Assembly: GCA_030446805.1 (NCBI GenBank)
Contig: JAUJMO010000001.1
Coordinates: forward strand, 365,385 to 429,384
DNA length: 64,000 bases
Direction of reading: 5' to 3'
Source: Caulobacteraceae bacterium
GTDB taxonomy: Bacteria; Pseudomonadota; Alphaproteobacteria; Caulobacterales; Caulobacteraceae
Shown piece after piece: positions 8,069 through 18,533 of the stretch; positions within the stretch are counted from its first letter, which is position 1, and each line of letters begins with the position of its first letter. The notes beneath the pieces were generated by a model. It was not told the origin of the DNA. It worked only from the letters and a program-made list of their open reading frames with translations, and ran no database searches. A program made the translations under genes and the position numbers.

Positions 8069-8980
8069 TCACAGACCGGCGTCCGGCGGGAGCACAGGGG
8101 CTTCGCGCAGAAGCACCAGAGTGATGCGGCGGTTGCCCGCCAGCGTCGGGTCATCCGGATAGAGCGGGTCCGAGGCGGCCTTGCCGCTCACCTGGTAGAT
8201 GCGGTCCGGGTCGACTCCGGAACCCTGCAGGATCTCCCGCGTCGCATTCGCACGGCCCGAGGACAGCGACCAATCCCCTTCGGAACGCCCCCCCGTCTGG
8301 GCGCTTGTATGGCCGGACAGGGTGACCCGATTGGGCAACTGGTTCACCACTCGCGAGATCTCACGCAGGAGCAGGCGCGCGCGTTCGTTCGGCCGAGCTG
8401 AGCCTGGTTCGAACATGGACCGGCCCTCCTGGTCGACCAGCTGGATGCGGAGTCCCTCGGGCGTCTGGTCCACCAGCACGTGCTTGGAGAGTTCGGCGAG
8501 CTCAGGAAGCGACTGCATGGCCTGCCGCAGCGAGGCGGCGGCGCTTGCGAAGGCGGCGGCCTCCTGCGGTTGGAGTTCCTCGCGCATGGCGTCCTCGCTG
8601 ATCTCGCGAAGGGCCGCTTCGGCGCCCGTGGTGCTGCTCTGGCCGTCGATGTCCGGAGAGGGCGGGGCCTCGGGCGCCATCTGCTCCATGATCTGCATGG
8701 AGCCCTGGTTCTTGTTGCCGTCATCGCCCAGAGCCGTGCCGCCCAGGATGCCGCCTGCGCCGCTGGCGCTCTCGCTGACGCTGGCCGGCGCGAAATAGTC
8801 GGCGATGCCGCGCTTCTGCTCCGGGCTGGTCGTGTTGATCAGCCACATGAGGAGGAAGAAGGCCATCATGGCCGTGACGAAGTCGGCGTAGGCGACCTTC
8901 CATGCGCCGCCGTGGTGAGCGTGACCGCCACCCTTCTTGATCTTCTTGATCAGGATTGGTCGTTCGCCGGCCAGGGCCAC
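8069..8980 (-). CDS. motB: Flagellar motor stator protein MotB-like (OmpA-like C-terminus)
   Basis: It carries the WKVAYADFVTAMMAFFLLMWL TM/plug motif and a C-terminal OmpA-like peptidoglycan-binding region (LSGHTS...NRRITL). I place the start at GTG 8980, in frame with ORF 8069..9253. The longer ORF would run into the upstream SDR gene. No motA is adjacent. Confidence 0.7.
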   Translation of the reverse strand: MALAGERPILIKKIKKGGGHAHHGGAWKVAYADFVTAMMAFFLLMWLINTTSPEQKRGIADYFAPASVSESASGAGGILGGTALGDDGNKNQGSMQIMEQMAPEAPPSPDIDGQSSTTGAEAALREISEDAMREELQPQEAAAFASAAASLRQAMQSLPELAELSKHVLVDQTPEGLRIQLVDQEGRSMFEPGSARPNERARLLLREISRVVNQLPNRVTLSGHTSAQTGGRSEGDWSLSSGRANATREILQGSGVDPDRIYQVSGKAASDPLYPDDPTLAGNRRITLVLLREAPVLPPDAGL

Positions 8981-9021
8981 AGCAAGCTCCGAAGTAGGAG
9001 CCGAGTCTGCGGCTGGCGTGG

Positions 9022-9804
9022 TTAAGATGGTGTTCGCAGTTGGCTCTCGCGGGCGATCTGGAAGCCGGCGAAGCTTTGCGCCGTGGGCATGATCTCCATG
9101 GTGTTCACGTTGAAGTGCGGGGGCAGGGTGGCCGTCCACCAAACGGCTTCGGCGACGTCCTCGGCGCTGAGCGGGGTCATGCCGGCGTAAACGGCGTGGG
9201 CCTTGTCGGCGTCGCCGCGAAAACGAACCTCGGAGAATTCGGTGCCGCCGCACATGCCGGGCTCGATGCAGCTCATGCGCACGCCGGTCCCGTGCAGGTC
9301 GGTGCGCAGGTTCTGGCTGAATTGATGCACAAAGGCCTTGGTGGCTCCGTAGACGTTGCCGCCGGGGTAGGGATAGGTCCCGGCGACCGAACCCAGGTGG
9401 ATCACGTGGCCTCGCCCGCGCTCGACCATGCCGGCCAGCAGGGCGTGGGTGCAGTGAATCAGGCCGCGGACATTGGTGTCGAGCATCTGGTCCCAGTCGG
9501 CGACGTCGGCGGCCTGGGCGGGGCCGAGGCCCAGGGCCAGGCCGGCGTTGTTGATCAGCAGGTCTACGGCGGCATGGCTGGGGGGAAGACTGGTCAGGGC
9601 GCGACGAACCGCGTCGGTGTCCTGCAGGTCGAGCTCAAGCGCCAGGATGAGGTCGGGGTGCTCCGCCGCCAGCCCCTGCAGACGGTCGAGGCGGCGGCCG
9701 GTGGCCACCACTCGAACCCCCGCCCGAGCGAAGCGGCGGACAAAGGCGGCTCCGAAGCCCGCGCTGGCGCCCGTGACGACGGCGATCTGAGGCAGGTAGG
9801 ACAC
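9022..9804 (-). CDS. SDR family NAD(P)-dependent oxidoreductase (YdfG-like)
   Basis: It has the TGASAGFG cofactor motif and a YGATK catalytic Y-x3-K. 260 aa. Confidence 0.85.
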   Translation of the reverse strand: MSYLPQIAVVTGASAGFGAAFVRRFARAGVRVVATGRRLDRLQGLAAEHPDLILALELDLQDTDAVRRALTSLPPSHAAVDLLINNAGLALGLGPAQAADVADWDQMLDTNVRGLIHCTHALLAGMVERGRGHVIHLGSVAGTYPYPGGNVYGATKAFVHQFSQNLRTDLHGTGVRMSCIEPGMCGGTEFSEVRFRGDADKAHAVYAGMTPLSAEDVAEAVWWTATLPPHFNVNTMEIMPTAQSFAGFQIARESQLRTPS

Positions 9805-9906
9805 GGTGTTCTCCGGCGAAGGCGACGGCGTGCTCTGGCGCGCCGCCCGCTCGGGATCAAGCCGGGCAGGAGCTCGGGCCGCCAGGGACTCAAGCCGCCC
9901 AGGAAC

Positions 9907-11502
9907 CTAGGCCGGAACGATGCGCGGGTCGCCCGCCGCCACGGCCAGCTTGATGCGGGTGCTGAGCGCGCCGTCCGGGACCGAGACGCGGTCGAGCACC
10001 TTGAACTCGCTGCGCCAGCGCTCGCGGTCCACATCGCAGAGCAGGTAGCCGCGCTGGCTGTTGTTGAATTTCAGCTGCGGATTGGCCGCCTGGATTCGGA
10101 CCATGTCGGGGCGCTGGTCCTGGCCGTCCCCGGCCGAGCTTATGGAGGTGGCGACAAACTCCGTGGCGATGGGGCGGGGACCGGGGTTGCGCCCGTCCAG
10201 GTGGAGCTCGCCCGCGAAGTTCTGGTGCTCGTCGCCCGTCAGGACCACGACGTCGCTGATGCGGCGGTCGCGGATGTGGCTGAGCAGGCGAGTGCGCGGG
10301 GCGCGGTAGCCGGCCCAGGAGTCAAGGTTGGCCGTGTATTCGGGGCCGGGATTCCGGTCGAGGTCCATGACCATGATCTGCTGGGCCAAGGCCTTCCAGC
10401 GAGCCTGGGACGCCGAGAGGCCGTCCAGGAGCCAGCGTTCCTGGCGCGCGCCCAGAACCTCGGTGCGGGCCCGCTCGATGTCGGGGCAGACCGTGTTCCA
10501 ACGGTCCCCGCAAGCCTGGTCGGACCGGTGCTGGCGCGTGTCGAGGAAGTTGAGCTCGAGCAGCCGACCAAAGGCCGCGCGGCGATAGAGCTGCAGGCTG
10601 GGACCGGAGGGCAGGGCGCTCGGGCGCAGCGGGGTGTTCTCGTAGAAGGCCTGCATCGCCGACTGCTGCCGCAGCTTGAAGATCGCGGGCGGGGTGCCGT
10701 CCTGATCCAGGTCCGAGACCCAGTTGTTGTCGATCTCGTGGTCGTCCCAGATGGTGAACCAGGCGGCGGCGGCATGGGCGGCCTGCAGGTCCGGATCCAT
10801 CTTGGTCTGGGCGTAGCGCCGCCGGTAGTCGTCGAGGCTGTAGACCTCGCCGTCCAAGTACTGGCGGGGATTGGCCGACGGCCCGCGGGCGCTGTTGTTC
10901 AAACGCGAGCCGCGACCCTCATAGATGTAGTCGCCGTAGCAGAAGATGAAGTCGAGCTCCTCCTCGGCCAGCTTGCGATAGGCGGTGAAGAGGCCCTGCT
11001 CGTAGTGCTGGCATCCGGCGACGCCGAAGCGCACCCGCTGGACGTCCGCCCCGGCCAGCGGGGTGGTGGCGGCGCGCCCGGACAGGCTGCGTTCCTTGCC
11101 GGCCATGAAACGGTACCAGTAGGGGCGTGCGGGCTGCAGACCGGCCAGCTCGACATGGACGCTGTGGCCCAGCTCCGGACGGGCGACCGCCTCGCCCTTG
11201 CGGACGACGGTGGCGAAATTCTGGTCGGAAGCGACCTCCCATTCCACCCGAACCGGCTGGGACGGCATGCCGTGACCGAGCGCGAGCGGTTCGGGCGCCA
11301 GCCGTGTCCAGATCACGAAGCCGTCGGGCTGGGGATCGCCGGCCGCGACGCCGAGCTGGAAGGGGTAGTCGGCGAACACCGGCTGGGCCAAGGCGCCGCG
11401 GCCGAGCAGGGGCGGGGCGAACAGGCCGGCGGCCCCCGCGCCCGCCAGGGTGAGGAGGCGACGGCGAGAGACGGTGTCCAGTTCGTCGAGGAGGCGGCTC
11501 AC
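9907..11502 (-). CDS. phoD: Alkaline phosphatase D family protein, Tat-exported
   Basis: It has the twin-arginine signal SRRRLLTLAGAGAAG and a WDDHEIDNNW metallophosphatase motif. 531 aa, with a GTG start. Confidence 0.85.
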   Translation of the reverse strand: MSRLLDELDTVSRRRLLTLAGAGAAGLFAPPLLGRGALAQPVFADYPFQLGVAAGDPQPDGFVIWTRLAPEPLALGHGMPSQPVRVEWEVASDQNFATVVRKGEAVARPELGHSVHVELAGLQPARPYWYRFMAGKERSLSGRAATTPLAGADVQRVRFGVAGCQHYEQGLFTAYRKLAEEELDFIFCYGDYIYEGRGSRLNNSARGPSANPRQYLDGEVYSLDDYRRRYAQTKMDPDLQAAHAAAAWFTIWDDHEIDNNWVSDLDQDGTPPAIFKLRQQSAMQAFYENTPLRPSALPSGPSLQLYRRAAFGRLLELNFLDTRQHRSDQACGDRWNTVCPDIERARTEVLGARQERWLLDGLSASQARWKALAQQIMVMDLDRNPGPEYTANLDSWAGYRAPRTRLLSHIRDRRISDVVVLTGDEHQNFAGELHLDGRNPGPRPIATEFVATSISSAGDGQDQRPDMVRIQAANPQLKFNNSQRGYLLCDVDRERWRSEFKVLDRVSVPDGALSTRIKLAVAAGDPRIVPA

Positions 11503-11604
11503 GCGGGGCTCCCAAGCGGCTCAAGGCCGAATATCCGAAACGTGTGACCTTCTTGCAAAGCGCGCCGATTGTGGGAGGTTCACTCACCCGTTGAAGAGAT
11601 CTGA

Positions 11605-12210
11605 ATGTTCGCCGCGATCTTGACGCTGCTGACGCAAGCCGCCTTCCCGATCGTCGAGGTCGGAACCCCACCCCCCGCTCTAGCGGACATCTCCGACCTT
11701 ACGGTTTCTTACTACAGCGTGTCCGGGGCGAACCCGCGCGCTATCCGGCAGTCCATGAACCAGCGGCGTCCTCGAGACCCGCGTACGGCGGAGCCGTTCG
11801 ACGGCCGAACCGACGTCGCATACCGTTGGAGTGCGCCCGGCCGCCAGGGTGGAGGGTGCGACACGGCCAAGGCCGAGTTCGTCCATAAGGTATCCGTGAT
11901 CCTGCCCCGGCTGGAGGACGCCGGGCGGCTATCCTCCGCTGAAAAGACGGAATGGGACGAGTACATGGCCCGCCTTGTCGCCCATGAACGCAATCACGCT
12001 CTGATCGGGGTCCGTGGCGGCGAAGAGGTCGAAAAACAGGTCAGGAGCGCGGTGGATTGCGCGGCGGCCTCCGCCGCGGCGAAAGCAGTGTCGGACCGCG
12101 TGGCCGCCGCGCACATCGAGTACGATCGCCGAACGGATCATGGAGCTTTGGAGGGCGCCGTATACCCTAACGGCCCAACAGCCGGGCCGCGTCGCGGGCG
12201 AAATAGGTGA
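11605..12210 (+). CDS. DUF922-like predicted secreted Zn-dependent protease
   Basis: It has an N-terminal hydrophobic segment. The YYSVSG...RW...C...ILPR...W..Y...L..HERNH layout resembles DUF922 (HExxH). The 3' end overlaps the hemB 3' end by 44 nt (convergent). Confidence 0.55.
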   Translation: MFAAILTLLTQAAFPIVEVGTPPPALADISDLTVSYYSVSGANPRAIRQSMNQRRPRDPRTAEPFDGRTDVAYRWSAPGRQGGGCDTAKAEFVHKVSVILPRLEDAGRLSSAEKTEWDEYMARLVAHERNHALIGVRGGEEVEKQVRSAVDCAAASAAAKAVSDRVAAAHIEYDRRTDHGALEGAVYPNGPTAGPRRGRNR

Positions 12211-13156
12211 GCACCCCCGAGCAGCCCGCGCGCTTGAAGGCCAGGAGGCTCTCCAGCACGGCGCGATGCTCGTCCAGCCAGCCGTTCTGGCCGGCGGCTT
12301 TGATCATGGCGTACTCGCCGGACACCTGGAAGGCGAAGGTGGGAACCGCGAAGCGCTCCACCACGCGGCGGACGATGTCGAGGTAGGGCAGGCCGGGCTT
12401 GACCATCACCATGTCAGCGCCCTCGGCCAGATCGAGTTCAACCTCGCGCAAGGCTTCATGGGTGTTGGCCGGGTCCATCTGGTAGGTCGCCTTGTCGCCC
12501 TTGAGCAGGCCGGTGGTGCCGATGGCGTCCCGGAAGGGCCCGTAGAAGGCCGAAGCGTATTTGGCGGCGTAGGACAGGATCAGCGTGTCGCAGCGCCCGT
12601 CCGCCTCCAGCGCCGTGCGGATGCGGCCGATCCGGCCGTCCATCATGTCGGAGGGGGCGAGCACGTCCGCGCCGGCCGAGGCCAGCAGCAGGGACTGCTC
12701 GATCAGCCGCTCCACCGTGGCGTCGTTGAGCACGCAGCCGCGCTCAAGCACGCCGTCATGGCCGTGGTCGGTGTAGGGGTCGAGCGCGACGTCGCAGACG
12801 ATGCCGACCTCGGGGGCGGCGGCCTTCATGGCGGCCACGGCCTGCACGACCAGGTTGTCAGGATGGGTGGCGGCGCTGCCGCGGGCGTCCTTCAAGCCGC
12901 CGTCCACTTTAGGAAAGACGGCGACGGCCGGAATGCCCAGCGCGCGGGCTTCGACCGCCGCCTTGACGGCTTCGGCCACGGACAGGCGCTCCACGCCCGG
13001 CATGGAGGGGATGGCCTCGCGCGCGTCGGGCCCGTCGTGGATCACCACGGACCAGATCAGGTCGGCGGGCGAGAGTACGGTCTCGCGCACGAGCCGGCGC
13101 GTCCAGTCGGCCTGGCGCAGTCGGCGGAGCCGCAGGGCGGGAAAGGCGGCGTTCAC
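12167..13156 (-). CDS. hemB: Porphobilinogen synthase (delta-aminolevulinate dehydratase)
   Basis: 329 aa. Motifs are DVALDPYTDHGHDG and the active-site Lys region MVKPGLPYLD. GTG start. Confidence 0.93.
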   Translation of the reverse strand: MNAAFPALRLRRLRQADWTRRLVRETVLSPADLIWSVVIHDGPDAREAIPSMPGVERLSVAEAVKAAVEARALGIPAVAVFPKVDGGLKDARGSAATHPDNLVVQAVAAMKAAAPEVGIVCDVALDPYTDHGHDGVLERGCVLNDATVERLIEQSLLLASAGADVLAPSDMMDGRIGRIRTALEADGRCDTLILSYAAKYASAFYGPFRDAIGTTGLLKGDKATYQMDPANTHEALREVELDLAEGADMVMVKPGLPYLDIVRRVVERFAVPTFAFQVSGEYAMIKAAGQNGWLDEHRAVLESLLAFKRAGCSGVLTYFARDAARLLGR

Positions 13157-13169
13157 CGGCGTAGGCAGC

Positions 13170-13580
13170 TCACTGGGGATGACCGATCGGCTCGCCGCCC
13201 GCAGCGCGGGTCAGGCCGAACAAGGTGGCGCCCAGGAACCCGATCCCGGCCGAGCTCGCAAGCGCCCCTCCCGTAAGCGCCAGGACGCCCGCCTCCGGAT
13301 TGGCGCCGCTGGCGATCCCGCCAAGCAGCAGCCAGAAACTCCCGGTCAGCGCCGCGCCGAGCGAGGCTCCGAACGTCCAGACCTGATAACGGAAGTGGGT
13401 GGCCGACAGGGGGCCGGACCGGGCGCGCTTGCTGGAGGCCATCATCGCGCCGACCAGGCCGGTGACGCCTGCAGTCAGCGGCGCGCCAAGGTACAGGCCG
13501 TAGATGGTGAGCGCCGCGTTCCGCTCCGAACGCTCAAGGCTGTCGGGAAGGCTGGACGGGCGCTGGATCAGATCGGTCAC
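13170..13580 (-). CDS. Small multi-pass membrane protein (DUF4870-like)
   Basis: This is the 3' part of ORF 13170..13829. The GTG at 13580 is preceded by a GAGGGAGG Shine-Dalgarno sequence. The [13 protein letters not shown]...[10 protein letters not shown] pattern resembles DUF4870-type proteins. It lies 13 nt upstream of hemB on the same strand. Confidence 0.5.
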   Translation of the reverse strand: MTDLIQRPSSLPDSLERSERNAALTIYGLYLGAPLTAGVTGLVGAMMASSKRARSGPLSATHFRYQVWTFGASLGAALTGSFWLLLGGIASGANPEAGVLALTGGALASSAGIGFLGATLFGLTRAAGGEPIGHPQ

Positions 13581-13671
13581 TGCGCGCCTCCCTCGGCTGC
13601 ATCTGGGTCGCGTTGACAGGGTGCGCCGGCCAGAGCAGTTGCTCAAGCCCGACCAGCCCAGGGCCGTGTAT

Positions 13672-14811
13672 ATGGATTTCCAGCTTTCCGAAGACCAGCG
13701 CGCCATCCAGGACGCCGCGCGCGACTTCGCCGAGGCCGAACTGGCGCCCAATTCGGCGCGATGGGACGAGGAGAAGCACTTTCCCGTGGACGTGATGCGC
13801 AAGGCCGCCGAGCTCGGCTTCGCGGGCATCTATGTGCAGGAGGACGTGGGGGGCTCCGGACTGGGGCGCCTGGACTCCGCGATCATCTTCGAGGAGCTCT
13901 CGCGGGGCGATGTGGCCGTGGCCGCCTTCATCTCCATCCACAACATGGCGTCGTGGATGATCGACCGGTTCGGGTCCGACGAACTGAGAGGGCGCTATCT
14001 GCCGCGGCTGACCACCATGGAGCTGATCGCCAGCTACTGCCTGACCGAGCCCGGCTCGGGTTCGGACGCGGCGGGGCTGCGCACGCGGGCCGAGCGGGAC
14101 GGCGATCATTACGTCCTGAACGGCTCCAAGGCCTTCATCTCGGGTGCGGGAACCAGCGACGTCTATGTGGTCATGGCCCGCACCGGGGTGGAGGGGCCCA
14201 AGGGCATCTCCGCCTTCGTGGTGGAGAACGGCACGCCGGGGCTGAGCTTCGGGGCTCAGGAACGCAAGATGGGCTGGAACGCCCAGCCCACCGCTCTGGT
14301 GAACTTCGACAACTGCCGGGTGCCGGCGGAGAACCTGGTCAACAAGGAGGGCGAGGGCTTCCGCATCGCCATGTCCGGACTGGACGGCGGGCGGTTGAAC
14401 ATCGGCGCCTGCTCGCTGGGGGGCGCCCAGTTCGCGCTCGAACAGGCCAAGGCCTACATGGAAAGCCGGACCCAGTTCGGGAAGCCGCTCAAGGATTTCC
14501 AGGGGTTGCAGTTCAAGCTGGCCGACATGGCGACCGAGCTCGAGGCCGCGCGGTTGATGGTGCGCAGCGGGGCCGACGCCTTGGACAAGCGCGATCCCAG
14601 GGCCACGCAGCTCTGCGCCATGGCCAAGCGTTTCGCCACCGACGTCGGCTTCAAGGTGGCCAACGACGCGCTGCAGGTGCACGGCGGCTACGGTTATCTG
14701 AAGGACTACCCGGTGGAGCGGGTCGTGCGCGACCTGCGCGTGCACCAGATCCTGGAGGGCACCAACGAGATCATGCGCGTAATCACCGCGCGCGAAATGT
14801 TCCGTCAGTAG
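13672..14811 (+). CDS. Acyl-CoA dehydrogenase (isobutyryl-CoA dehydrogenase-like)
   Basis: ATG 13672 lies within ORF 13504..14811. The ACAD fold is clear (MDFQLSEDQ... ; [11 protein letters not shown] ; QxHGGYGY). The context is valine-catabolic genes. Confidence 0.9.
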   Translation: MDFQLSEDQRAIQDAARDFAEAELAPNSARWDEEKHFPVDVMRKAAELGFAGIYVQEDVGGSGLGRLDSAIIFEELSRGDVAVAAFISIHNMASWMIDRFGSDELRGRYLPRLTTMELIASYCLTEPGSGSDAAGLRTRAERDGDHYVLNGSKAFISGAGTSDVYVVMARTGVEGPKGISAFVVENGTPGLSFGAQERKMGWNAQPTALVNFDNCRVPAENLVNKEGEGFRIAMSGLDGGRLNIGACSLGGAQFALEQAKAYMESRTQFGKPLKDFQGLQFKLADMATELEAARLMVRSGADALDKRDPRATQLCAMAKRFATDVGFKVANDALQVHGGYGYLKDYPVERVVRDLRVHQILEGTNEIMRVITAREMFRQ

Positions 14812-14871
14812 CGGGCTGGACGACGACGGCCCGCCCGACTAGCCAAGCGGCCCGCCAGAGGAGCCTCGCTC

Positions 14872-15972
14872 ATGACCACGCCGGACAGCCCGCGCGGAAC
14901 TGATGCCCCCGTGCTGACCCGCATCGACGACCGAGTGGGGCGGATCACTCTGGATCGGCCGAGCGCGCTCCACGCCCTGAACCTGGAGATGTGCCGGGAC
15001 ATGCTGCGCGCGCTGCGGGCTTGGCGACATGACCGGGGCGTGCACGCCGTCCTGCTGGACCATGCGGGAGAGCGCGGCTTCTGCGCCGGAGGCGACATCC
15101 GGGCCATCGTCGAGGCGGGATTCCGGGCGCAGGAGACGGCGCAGGACTTCTTCCGCACCGAGTACCAGTTGAACCATCTCATGTTCACCTATGAGAAGCC
15201 CATCGTGGCCTTCGTGGACGGGATCGTCATGGGCGGGGGTGTGGGGATCTCCATGCCGTGCCGCTTCCGAGTGGCGACGGAGCGGACACTGTTCGCCATG
15301 CCGGAGACGGCCATCGGCCTGTTTCCGGATGTGGGCGGCGGTTGGTACCTGCCGCGCCTGCCGGGGCAGGTCGGGACCTGGCTGGCGCTGACAGGCGCGC
15401 GGCTGCGTGCGGCGGACTGCGTGGCGCTGGGCATCGCCACGCACTTGGTGGCGAGCGAGCAGCTTCCCGCCCTGAAGCGCGCCATGGTGGACGTGGCCTC
15501 GGCGCAGGATCCGGAGTTCGCGACCAGCGTGCTGACCACGGAACTGAATCGCTTCGCCGTCGATCCTGGGCCGGGAACGGTGGAAACGCACCGGCGGGAG
15601 ATCGATCGGCTATTCGGCTTCGACACGGTGGAGGAGATCTTCTCCGCCCTGGAGGCCGAAGGCGGCGAGTGGGCCAGGACCGAGCTGGAGGGCCTGCGCG
15701 CCAAGTCGCCGCAAGCGCTCAAGGTCACCCTGCGGCAGATGCGCGAGGGCGCCCGCATGGCCTCCTTCGAAGACGAGATGACCATGGAATTCCGCATGGC
15801 GTCGCGGGTCGCGCTCTTGCCGGACTTCGCGGAGGGCGTGCGGGCCTGCCTGGTGGATAAGGATCAGGCGCCGCGCTGGAACCCGCCCACGCTGGAGGGG
15901 GTGAGCGAGGATCTGCTGCGGACGGTCTTCGCTCGGCTGCCGCCCGACCTGGAGTGGACGCCGGCGGGTTGA
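14872..15972 (+). CDS. 3-hydroxyisobutyryl-CoA hydrolase (crotonase superfamily)
   Basis: 366 aa, with the enoyl-CoA hydratase fold (FCAGGDIRA). The length and C-terminal extension are typical of HIBCH. It is flanked by ACAD and mmsB. Confidence 0.8.
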   Translation: MTTPDSPRGTDAPVLTRIDDRVGRITLDRPSALHALNLEMCRDMLRALRAWRHDRGVHAVLLDHAGERGFCAGGDIRAIVEAGFRAQETAQDFFRTEYQLNHLMFTYEKPIVAFVDGIVMGGGVGISMPCRFRVATERTLFAMPETAIGLFPDVGGGWYLPRLPGQVGTWLALTGARLRAADCVALGIATHLVASEQLPALKRAMVDVASAQDPEFATSVLTTELNRFAVDPGPGTVETHRREIDRLFGFDTVEEIFSALEAEGGEWARTELEGLRAKSPQALKVTLRQMREGARMASFEDEMTMEFRMASRVALLPDFAEGVRACLVDKDQAPRWNPPTLEGVSEDLLRTVFARLPPDLEWTPAG

Positions 15973-16008
15973 CGGCGGCATAGAAGCGCGGCGACCGGAG
16001 GACCGAAC

Positions 16009-16920
16009 GTGAGCATAGCCTTCATCGGCCTGGGCAATATGGGCTCGGGCATGGCCGCCAATCAGGCCAGGTCCGGGCGTCCAGTGCGGGCTTTCGACCT
16101 GTCCGCGGCAGCGCTGCAGCGGGCGGAGGAGGCCGGCGCGCGCCCGGCCGCTTCAGCCGTCGAGGCGGTGGAGGGCGCGGAGGTGGTCATCACCATGCTC
16201 CCGGCCGGCCCGCATGTGCGCAAGGTCTATGAGGAACAGGTGTTCGGAAACGCGCCCCGCGGCGCGCTCCTGATCGACTGCTCCACCATCGATCCGAACA
16301 CGGCGCGCGAAGTGGCCGGACGGGCGCAGAACGAGGGCTATCGCTTCGCTGACGCCCCTGTGAGCGGGGGCACGATCGCCGCCGAGGCGGGATCGCTGGC
16401 CTTCATGGTGGGCTGCCACGAAGAGGACTTCGCCGACGTCGAGCGGGCGCTCCAGCCCATGTCGCGAGCGACGATCCGCGCCGGCGGGCTCGGGGCGGGG
16501 CAGGCCGCGAAGATCTGCAACAACATGATCCTGGCGGTGACCATGCTGGGCACCTGCGAGGCTGTGGCCCTGGGCGAACGGCTGGGGCTCGACCCCGAGC
16601 GCTTCTTCGAGATCGCCTCCAAGTCGTCGGGGCAGAGCTGGTCTATGACCAGCTACTATCCCTGGCCAGGGCCCGTGCCGGCGGCGCCGTCCAACCGGGG
16701 CTTCACCGGCGGGTTCGCGACCAAGATGATGTTGAAGGACCTGAAGCTCGCGCAGGACGCCGCGGCGCATGCGGACGCGACCACCCCGCTGGGGGCTCAT
16801 GCCGAGGCCATGTACGCGCTGTTCGACAAGCTGGGTTACGGCGGCGCCGATTTCTCGGCCGTGATCCAGATGCTGCGGGGGCGGTTGGATCTGCTGGAAG
16901 AGTTCCAGTCGAAAGCGTAG
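16009..16920 (+). CDS. mmsB: 3-hydroxyisobutyrate dehydrogenase
   Basis: It has an N-terminal Rossmann [14 protein letters not shown] and a beta-hydroxyacid dehydrogenase body. GTG start. Confidence 0.85.
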   Translation: MSIAFIGLGNMGSGMAANQARSGRPVRAFDLSAAALQRAEEAGARPAASAVEAVEGAEVVITMLPAGPHVRKVYEEQVFGNAPRGALLIDCSTIDPNTAREVAGRAQNEGYRFADAPVSGGTIAAEAGSLAFMVGCHEEDFADVERALQPMSRATIRAGGLGAGQAAKICNNMILAVTMLGTCEAVALGERLGLDPERFFEIASKSSGQSWSMTSYYPWPGPVPAAPSNRGFTGGFATKMMLKDLKLAQDAAAHADATTPLGAHAEAMYALFDKLGYGGADFSAVIQMLRGRLDLLEEFQSKA

Positions 16921-16988
16921 CAGGGTCGGGAGTTGCGAGTTATTCTCACGTGGACTTTGGGTCCGCGAAGGGCCATCTCACGCCCGTC

Positions 16989-18215
16989 ATGAACACCGAC
17001 TACAAGGGCGCGTTTCAGGCCGCCGTCCAGCAGGTCAAGGACGAGGGGCGCTACCGCGTCTTCGCCGACCTGAAGCGCAGGCGGGGCGCCTTTCCCCGGG
17101 CGACCTGGACCTCGCCGGCGGGCGAGCGGGAGGTCGTGGTCTGGTGCGGCAACGACTACCTCGGCATGGGGCAGCACCCGGCGGTGCTGGCGGCCATGCA
17201 CGGCGCCATCGACCTGTGCGGGTCCGGCTCGGGCGGCACGCGCAACATCAGCGGCACCACGCATTTCCACGTGGAGCTGGAAGCCGAGCTAGCCGACCTC
17301 CACGGCAAGGAGGCGGCGCTGCTGTTCACCTCCGGCTATGTCGCCAATGAAGCGACCCTGTCCACCTTGCAGCGCATCCTCCCGGGGCTGATCATCTTCT
17401 CCGACGCGCTGAACCATGCGTCGATGATCGCCGGAATCCGGCATGGCGGCGGCGCGAAAAAGGTGTTCCGGCACAACGATCTGCAGCATCTCGAGCAGCT
17501 GCTGCGTGAAGCGCCGGCGAATGCGCCCAAGCTGATCGCTTTTGAGAGCGTTTATTCCATGGACGGCGACATCGCCGACCTCCGGGGCACGGTCGCGCTG
17601 GCCAAGCGGTACGGCGCCCTGACCTATCTGGACGAGGTTCATGCGGTGGGCCTGTATGGGAATCGCGGCGGCGGGGTGGCCGAGCGCGACGGGGTTCTGG
17701 CCGAGATCGACATGGTCGAGGGGACGCTTGGCAAGGCGTTCGGCGTGATGGGCGGCTACATCGCGGGCGATGCGGACCTAGTGGACGCGATCCGCAGCCA
17801 TGCGCCCGGTTTCATCTTCACGACATCGCTGCCGCCGGCCTTGACCGCGGGCGCCCTGGCCAGCGTGCGCTGGCTGAAAAACCATCCCGAACTGCGTGTT
17901 CGGCATCAGGAAAGAGCGGCCACGCTCAAGCGCCGCTTCGCCGAGGCCGGCCTGCCGGTGATGGACAGCGCCAGTCACATCGTGCCGGTGCTGGTGGGAG
18001 ACCCGGTCCACACCAAGCTGGTCAGCGACATGCTGCTGGTCGAGCACGGCGTCTATGTGCAGCCGATCAACTATCCCACCGTGCCGAAGGGGACGGAGCG
18101 GCTGCGCTTCACGCCGTCACCGCTGCACGACGACGCCATGATGGACACTCTGGTCTCGGCCATGGACGGGCTTTGGAGCCGCTGCAATGTCGCCCGGCGG
18201 CCCGCCGCGGCCTAG
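16989..18215 (+). CDS. hemA: 5-aminolevulinate synthase
   Basis: ATG 16989 lies within ORF 16950..18215. It belongs to the alpha-oxoamine synthase family, with the PLP-Lys region GTLGKAFG. The N-terminus [21 protein letters not shown] is typical of ALAS. Confidence 0.92.
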   Translation: MNTDYKGAFQAAVQQVKDEGRYRVFADLKRRRGAFPRATWTSPAGEREVVVWCGNDYLGMGQHPAVLAAMHGAIDLCGSGSGGTRNISGTTHFHVELEAELADLHGKEAALLFTSGYVANEATLSTLQRILPGLIIFSDALNHASMIAGIRHGGGAKKVFRHNDLQHLEQLLREAPANAPKLIAFESVYSMDGDIADLRGTVALAKRYGALTYLDEVHAVGLYGNRGGGVAERDGVLAEIDMVEGTLGKAFGVMGGYIAGDADLVDAIRSHAPGFIFTTSLPPALTAGALASVRWLKNHPELRVRHQERAATLKRRFAEAGLPVMDSASHIVPVLVGDPVHTKLVSDMLLVEHGVYVQPINYPTVPKGTERLRFTPSPLHDDAMMDTLVSAMDGLWSRCNVARRPAAA

Positions 18216-18402
18216 GACCGGCGCAAGTCGGGGAGAGATCATCGTCGAGTTCGTCCAGGCGGGCGGCTTCCTGCGCTGCACCGCGGTGGACGTGGACAGC
18301 GGCACGGAGGCCTCGGCCATGGGACCGGTCTCGGCGGGCAAGGCGGCGCTGGAGCGGATCGCGCTGGGCAAGCTGAAGCGAGCGCTGGCCTCGCAGTCCT
18401 AA
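18187..18402 (+). CDS. Small hypothetical protein (71 aa), possibly a conserved alphaproteobacterial small-protein family
   Basis: ORF 18187..18402. The only ATG start overlaps the last 29 nt of hemA. The core [32 protein letters not shown]...[14 protein letters not shown] looks like a folded small domain rather than high-GC noise. The start is uncertain. Confidence 0.4.
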   Translation: MSPGGPPRPRTGASRGEIIVEFVQAGGFLRCTAVDVDSGTEASAMGPVSAGKAALERIALGKLKRALASQS

Positions 18403-18533
18403 GCGGCCTGGGGCGGCTGACCTCGACCCAGCTTACTGGCGCCAAAGCGGGGACCAGGCTTTTTTCGTCGCGCGGGATGGTCCACTAAACGCACGGGTCC
18501 CCGCGCTCGCGGGGATGAGTGGAAGGATGAGGC

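Noticed and set aside
8981-9253. N-terminal extension of the MotB ORF (394-aa version)
   Set aside because: The extension overlaps the 3' end of the upstream SDR gene and is Arg-rich nonsense. The MotB similarity begins near GERPILIKK, so I chose GTG 8980.
9040-11547. 835-aa plus-strand ORF
   Set aside because: It is antisense to the SDR and phoD genes. Its composition is low-complexity G/A/R/V and it has no recognisable motifs. This is a typical long shadow ORF of a high-G+C genome.
18403-18533. Possible riboswitch (ZTP/pfl, THF or glycine) in the glyA leader
   Set aside because: I could not find the conserved cores (for example the GGGTCGTGACTGGCG...CCGCCTGGGCA of ZTP) by eye. Only a generic hairpin with a T-run is present. 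An Infernal scan would be needed to be sure.
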